Virus record (IMG/VR): IMGVR_UViG_3300028833_000090
Strand: one strand, 5' to 3'
Length of the DNA stretch: 64,000 nt
Source of the DNA: an uncultured virus (IMG/VR IMGVR_UViG_3300028833_000090)
Lineage: Duplodnaviria; Heunggongvirae; Uroviricota; Caudoviricetes
Shown here: piece by piece, positions 60,090 to 64,000 of the stretch
How positions within the stretch are numbered: position 1 is the first letter of the stretch
Layout: the number at the start of each line of letters is the position of its first letter
Position numbers and translations under genes: made by a program
The notes under the pieces: generated by a model
Database searches by the model: none
Seen by the model: only the letters and a program-made list of their open reading frames with translations
Told to the model about the DNA's origin: nothing

Positions 60090-60485
60090 ATGGAATTATA
60101 TAACATATTTAAGTCATGCGGGGTTACTAATCTCACGGACTTGATTGACTTGTTTAATCTGATATATCTGAATAGAAAAGGTACATCAGAAAGCACCATT
60201 ATAGATCAATATAATGATAACAGAAAGGTTGAAGATATGATATCTCAGCCTGAGGAGGAGCACTCAATTAAGCCAAGACTCCTCTACAAAATACTGAGAA
60301 CTTTCTTCCAAGGAAAAGGATTGAAGGTTCACAGTACAGATTATGGCACAAAGACTTCAGAAATGGATGACCAAGATTTGGATTCTGTCATAAACTACCT
60401 GTTTACCGCCCTTGGTGATAAATGGGATGAGTTTTCTAAAACAGAAAATCACAGAGATGCTTGTTCATTGATTTTCCCTATGTAA
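60090..60485 (+). CDS. Hypothetical protein, paralog of 59088..59648
   Basis: GVTNLTDLIDLF...DKWDEF. Confidence 0.8.
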   Translation: MELYNIFKSCGVTNLTDLIDLFNLIYLNRKGTSESTIIDQYNDNRKVEDMISQPEEEHSIKPRLLYKILRTFFQGKGLKVHSTDYGTKTSEMDDQDLDSVINYLFTALGDKWDEFSKTENHRDACSLIFPM

Positions 60486-60589
60486 CAGGCTGAAATTCTT
60501 ATATAAGAAGAAAGTATAGATGTAAAAAGTCTATATTTTCTTCATTTATTTTTCTAGATATTAATTAACTAATTAAATTTTTTATTATT

Positions 60590-61762
60590 ATGGCAACAAA
60601 AAAATTTTCCGCCAAGAACATCACGTTCAAGGCTAAAAGAATTAACAGCTACGTCGACAAAGACTACGTGGCTGAGATGTCGTTAGCGGCAGCTAATGAC
60701 TATGTTTCTGACCCCAACAATGTAGTTGATGTCAGAAAGCACAATTTCTTCGTACTCCAAGATGAAGAAATTCCAGTTCAGCGATATATGTTGAACGAGT
60801 TAAAAGATCCTAAAGCTATCGAGCTTAGGATCCGTCAGGGACATAATGGTAAGGTTTCTCTTCTTACAAGGAGGAGCAACGTTAAGTCCATTATGACTAC
60901 TAAACGTGTAAGGATTACTTGGATGTTCGACAAAAACAGTCAGTTTAAGTCAATCCTCGTCATTAACGCTCAGCCAGAGCGTGAAGACAACCCTCAACTT
61001 TATTACTCGGAATTCTGTCCGAATAAAGAAGTTGAAGATGAGAGCGGTAACAAGACAATGCCGTACTTGACCTGGGAACAGGATCAAATTATGGATTGGT
61101 TTATGGATAAATCCAAAAACCGTGGATGCGTACTTGCTGTATCGGACGAGGAGTTTGATAAGTCAGCACCGTGGATCCGTGGCGATAAATTCTTCTATCC
61201 TGAAGAAGAGGAAAAGGAGGAAGAATTTGCGGAACCTGACGTAACCGAATTTATCGGTCACGAAAAGGAAGTTGCAAACTTCATTGCTTACTGTTACTGT
61301 TATGGTGAAGGTCGACCCTTTACCTATAACAGATGTGATGAAGTTGTAGAAGATAACCCAGGTATAGTAACTGAGGAAAATCTTCAGCAACTTACATCAG
61401 ACTATGAGGACCGTTACTCATGGAATGATGAATCTGCTATTGTTGCGGATATAGTTCGCAATAATAAAGAAGCATTTCTGGACGTATTAAGTATGATAGG
61501 TTCAGTAATGTGTTGCATATTCCAAAATGCAACAGAGGATCCTCACCTTCACGGAGAGTCGTTTGAAGATGAAGATGAGGAAGAGTGCTTCCAAGAGGAT
61601 GGCCCAGAACTTAATGCCGAAGAAGGTTTCAAGAAATGGGTAGAAGACCTTGACGGTGGGTGCTATTCCGAAACCTACAAGTCGGTTATTGAAAGAATAA
61701 CTGAGAATCTACAAGATTCAGATTGCATTATTGAGAACTGGTTCGGCTGGCTCTTCGAGTAA
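60590..61762 (+). CDS. Hypothetical protein with acidic C-terminal half
   Basis: 390-aa ORF after leader-hairpin element 60493-60560. Confidence 0.85.
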   Translation: MATKKFSAKNITFKAKRINSYVDKDYVAEMSLAAANDYVSDPNNVVDVRKHNFFVLQDEEIPVQRYMLNELKDPKAIELRIRQGHNGKVSLLTRRSNVKSIMTTKRVRITWMFDKNSQFKSILVINAQPEREDNPQLYYSEFCPNKEVEDESGNKTMPYLTWEQDQIMDWFMDKSKNRGCVLAVSDEEFDKSAPWIRGDKFFYPEEEEKEEEFAEPDVTEFIGHEKEVANFIAYCYCYGEGRPFTYNRCDEVVEDNPGIVTEENLQQLTSDYEDRYSWNDESAIVADIVRNNKEAFLDVLSMIGSVMCCIFQNATEDPHLHGESFEDEDEEECFQEDGPELNAEEGFKKWVEDLDGGCYSETYKSVIERITENLQDSDCIIENWFGWLFE

Positions 61763-61763
61763 T

Positions 61764-62126
61764 ATGGAAGAATTGCTTAAATTTTATGAAGCGATGATGA
61801 AACTTCGCTTCGGAACAGGCTTTTCTGCTTGGATTATTACAACTGCTTGTAATAATTGTGGTTATAATGTTATTGAGACGAACGATCTCAAAGAGGACAT
61901 TAACCAAGCAACCGCGTTTATTAAAACCCCCACCGGACATATCGGAGTGCGGGTTCATAACGCACAGTCATTTACGGCAAGGTTTATTCCGAGTAAATGC
62001 TGCTATCCAGGTATGCATGATGAATATGAAGTATCATATTCACTAAAACCGGGACAGATAGTAGAATCCGCTGACAGAGACAGCGGAATAGTAATAAATA
62101 CTAATACTACACCCTTTCTCAACTAA
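61764..62126 (+). CDS. Hypothetical protein
   Basis: ATG start MEELL just after previous stop. Confidence 0.75.
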   Translation: MEELLKFYEAMMKLRFGTGFSAWIITTACNNCGYNVIETNDLKEDINQATAFIKTPTGHIGVRVHNAQSFTARFIPSKCCYPGMHDEYEVSYSLKPGQIVESADRDSGIVINTNTTPFLN

Positions 62127-62311
62127 TAGAAGGGAGGTAGTATTACCAAAATATAGAAAGCTCAAAAAGCTTTCTATATTTTTTTTTTGCTCCCTCTAAA
62201 TTAATGAAAGAGAATAAGGTAAGGTTGAATTTCTTATAACTGAACTTGACAGATCAGCTCTATAGCTGATTAATAATATAGAATTTTCATTAATAACTAC
62301 ATAATTTAAAT

Positions 62312-63664
62312 ATGGCTAAAAAGAAAAAAGTTGATTTAACACCAACACAGGTTGTTGATAATCCTCCTATTGATGTTGCAGTAGGGGAGTTAATGGCTAG
62401 AAACTTTAATGAGTTTAGTAGATATGCTATTAATCACAGAGCGGTTCCTGTTTTGTATGATGGCTGTAAAGATTCTTATAGAAGATTGTTATGGGCAGCT
62501 ATATTAATGTATAAAGCCGGAACACTCTCACCAGCAGAAACTCTCGTAAAATCTGTAGCAAGATGGCATCCCCACTCAGTAGATGGCTTGGATGGTACTA
62601 TGGCATTGTTTGTTCATTCAGGGGTATTTGTTGGAGAAGGAGCTTTTGGTGGTGTAAATATAGCAGACGGTGAAATGGATCCTTGCGCTGCTCTTAGGTA
62701 CCTCCATATTGGGTTATCCCCAACCTATCATAAGTTGTTAGCAGATTTAATGAAGGAAGTACCAATGGTTGAGTCACCTGTTGGTGAACCAGAACCTCTA
62801 TTTATACCTTTCCCTCTACCTTTATCCTGCTGTTTGAAATCTGACGTTATGGGTCTATCTTCTGTAAGAACAGTCATTCCATCGTTTGAACCTTGGTCTT
62901 TGTATCAGGCTTATGTTAATGATGATCCTAATTTATTGAAGGTTAATTCAAATATTAATATTGATTATGCTAACAGTAATCTAAAGGATATTTGGGAAAA
63001 GGGTAAAGGAAAGATTACGTATTATTATAACGTAACCCCAGTGAATAATGGTGTATTATTTGAGGGGGATACTTGGAAGTTTGTTCCGAACTGGAACAAT
63101 GAAAAATATCAGAGATTATTAGAGGATGGTAAAATCTATCAACAGGATTTAACTGATATTAATGGACCAAAAGCTTTTATTGGGGTTGTTCCAGGGGCTA
63201 GAGGTATAACTCAAAATGATGTAATAGACTTGGCTAAGGAAATGTACTTTACCACAATCAATTACCAAATTATGATTACATCTGATGAGTCAGCTAAGCC
63301 TATTCCATTGAAGGTTTGGATTGATATAGTTTTCAAGAATTACGTTGATTTGTTAATAAAAGCAAACAACAGAAAGATTGAAGAGTGTAAGTTTGACATT
63401 AGTGTTCAAGAAGCTATTCCAGATTTCAGTAATTACGTTCTTAATGTTAACCCGAAGGCAACTGATCAAGAAATCGCTAAAGCAATGGGTTATACTCCTG
63501 AAATGATAAAAGCTCTAAATGGTAAAACATTAGCTACATTAAGGAAGAACTCAGAGAACAAGGAGATGATGAAATCAATCATGGATAGTTTGCAAAAGAG
63601 ATTAAATAATTTAATGTCATTCGATCCAATAAAAACAGCGGAAGAAATTATAAAACAGATGTAA
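62312..63664 (+). CDS. Type IIA DNA topoisomerase subunit A (T4 gp52/GyrA-ParC-like, no CTD)
   Basis: HRAVP..YDGCK..YRRLL, WHPH, GEGAFG, catalytic AALRY, EP..IP. Confidence 0.88.
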   Translation: MAKKKKVDLTPTQVVDNPPIDVAVGELMARNFNEFSRYAINHRAVPVLYDGCKDSYRRLLWAAILMYKAGTLSPAETLVKSVARWHPHSVDGLDGTMALFVHSGVFVGEGAFGGVNIADGEMDPCAALRYLHIGLSPTYHKLLADLMKEVPMVESPVGEPEPLFIPFPLPLSCCLKSDVMGLSSVRTVIPSFEPWSLYQAYVNDDPNLLKVNSNINIDYANSNLKDIWEKGKGKITYYYNVTPVNNGVLFEGDTWKFVPNWNNEKYQRLLEDGKIYQQDLTDINGPKAFIGVVPGARGITQNDVIDLAKEMYFTTINYQIMITSDESAKPIPLKVWIDIVFKNYVDLLIKANNRKIEECKFDISVQEAIPDFSNYVLNVNPKATDQEIAKAMGYTPEMIKALNGKTLATLRKNSENKEMMKSIMDSLQKRLNNLMSFDPIKTAEEIIKQM

Positions 63665-63666
63665 TT

Positions 63667-64000
63667 ATGATTTATTTAAGTGGATTAGACTCAATCATAG
63701 AATCAATTTATCTCAGTGATTTAATAAGTACTCAAATTGGTAAGGCACAGATTTTTGTTAACCCAAACCAGAGATTAAAGTACCTAACCAACAAAACTAT
63801 TATAATAACGAATAATGATTATTCGGTTGATTACATTAATCAATTAGTGGATGGTGGTAATAAAGTCATTTCTAGAGTTTATTTTAATACGGATAAGGTT
63901 GAAATTCAACCATATATTATCCGTATTAATGATAAAATCAGATTTAACGGTAGAGAAATTACTGAAGATAGCATAGAAAAGATAGATGATATTCTCCTGA
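63667..64000 (+). CDS. Hypothetical protein, 3'-truncated by window edge
   Basis: MIYLSGLDSII... open towards window end. Confidence 0.65.
   Translation, partial: MIYLSGLDSIIESIYLSDLISTQIGKAQIFVNPNQRLKYLTNKTIIITNNDYSVDYINQLVDGGNKVISRVYFNTDKVEIQPYIIRINDKIRFNGREITEDSIEKIDDILL

Overview
AT-rich, gene-dense segment of a large (jumbo-type) tailed-phage genome using the standard genetic code. The host is probably Bacteroidota: there are no Shine-Dalgarno sites, start codons follow A/T-rich leaders, and several small proteins resemble ones I recall from Prevotella/Bacteroides phages. Recognisable genes are a ClpB/C-like AAA+ ATPase, a putative portal, IF-1, an ABC transporter, an AAA-M41 protease, a nucleotidyltransferase, a PNKP-type HAD phosphatase, a 3D-domain protein and topoisomerase II subunit A. 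There are 19 canonical tRNAs, none with encoded CCA. Three layers go beyond ordinary annotation. (1) The tRNA clusters contain many structured non-coding RNAs: a circularly permuted YrlA-like tRNA mimic, a Leu-type tRNA with enlarged anticodon and variable arms, a tRNA with a zipped anticodon loop, a kissing-loop RNA, a ~713-nt RNA closed by a terminal helix, and a ~800-nt GOLLD-like RNA. (2) Unrelated proteins share a short N-terminal tag (MIxYRTKxY/F) ahead of different effector-like domains. (3) A recurrent phage promoter motif is often followed by a conserved leader hairpin and T-tract. All calls were made by eye; no searches were run.
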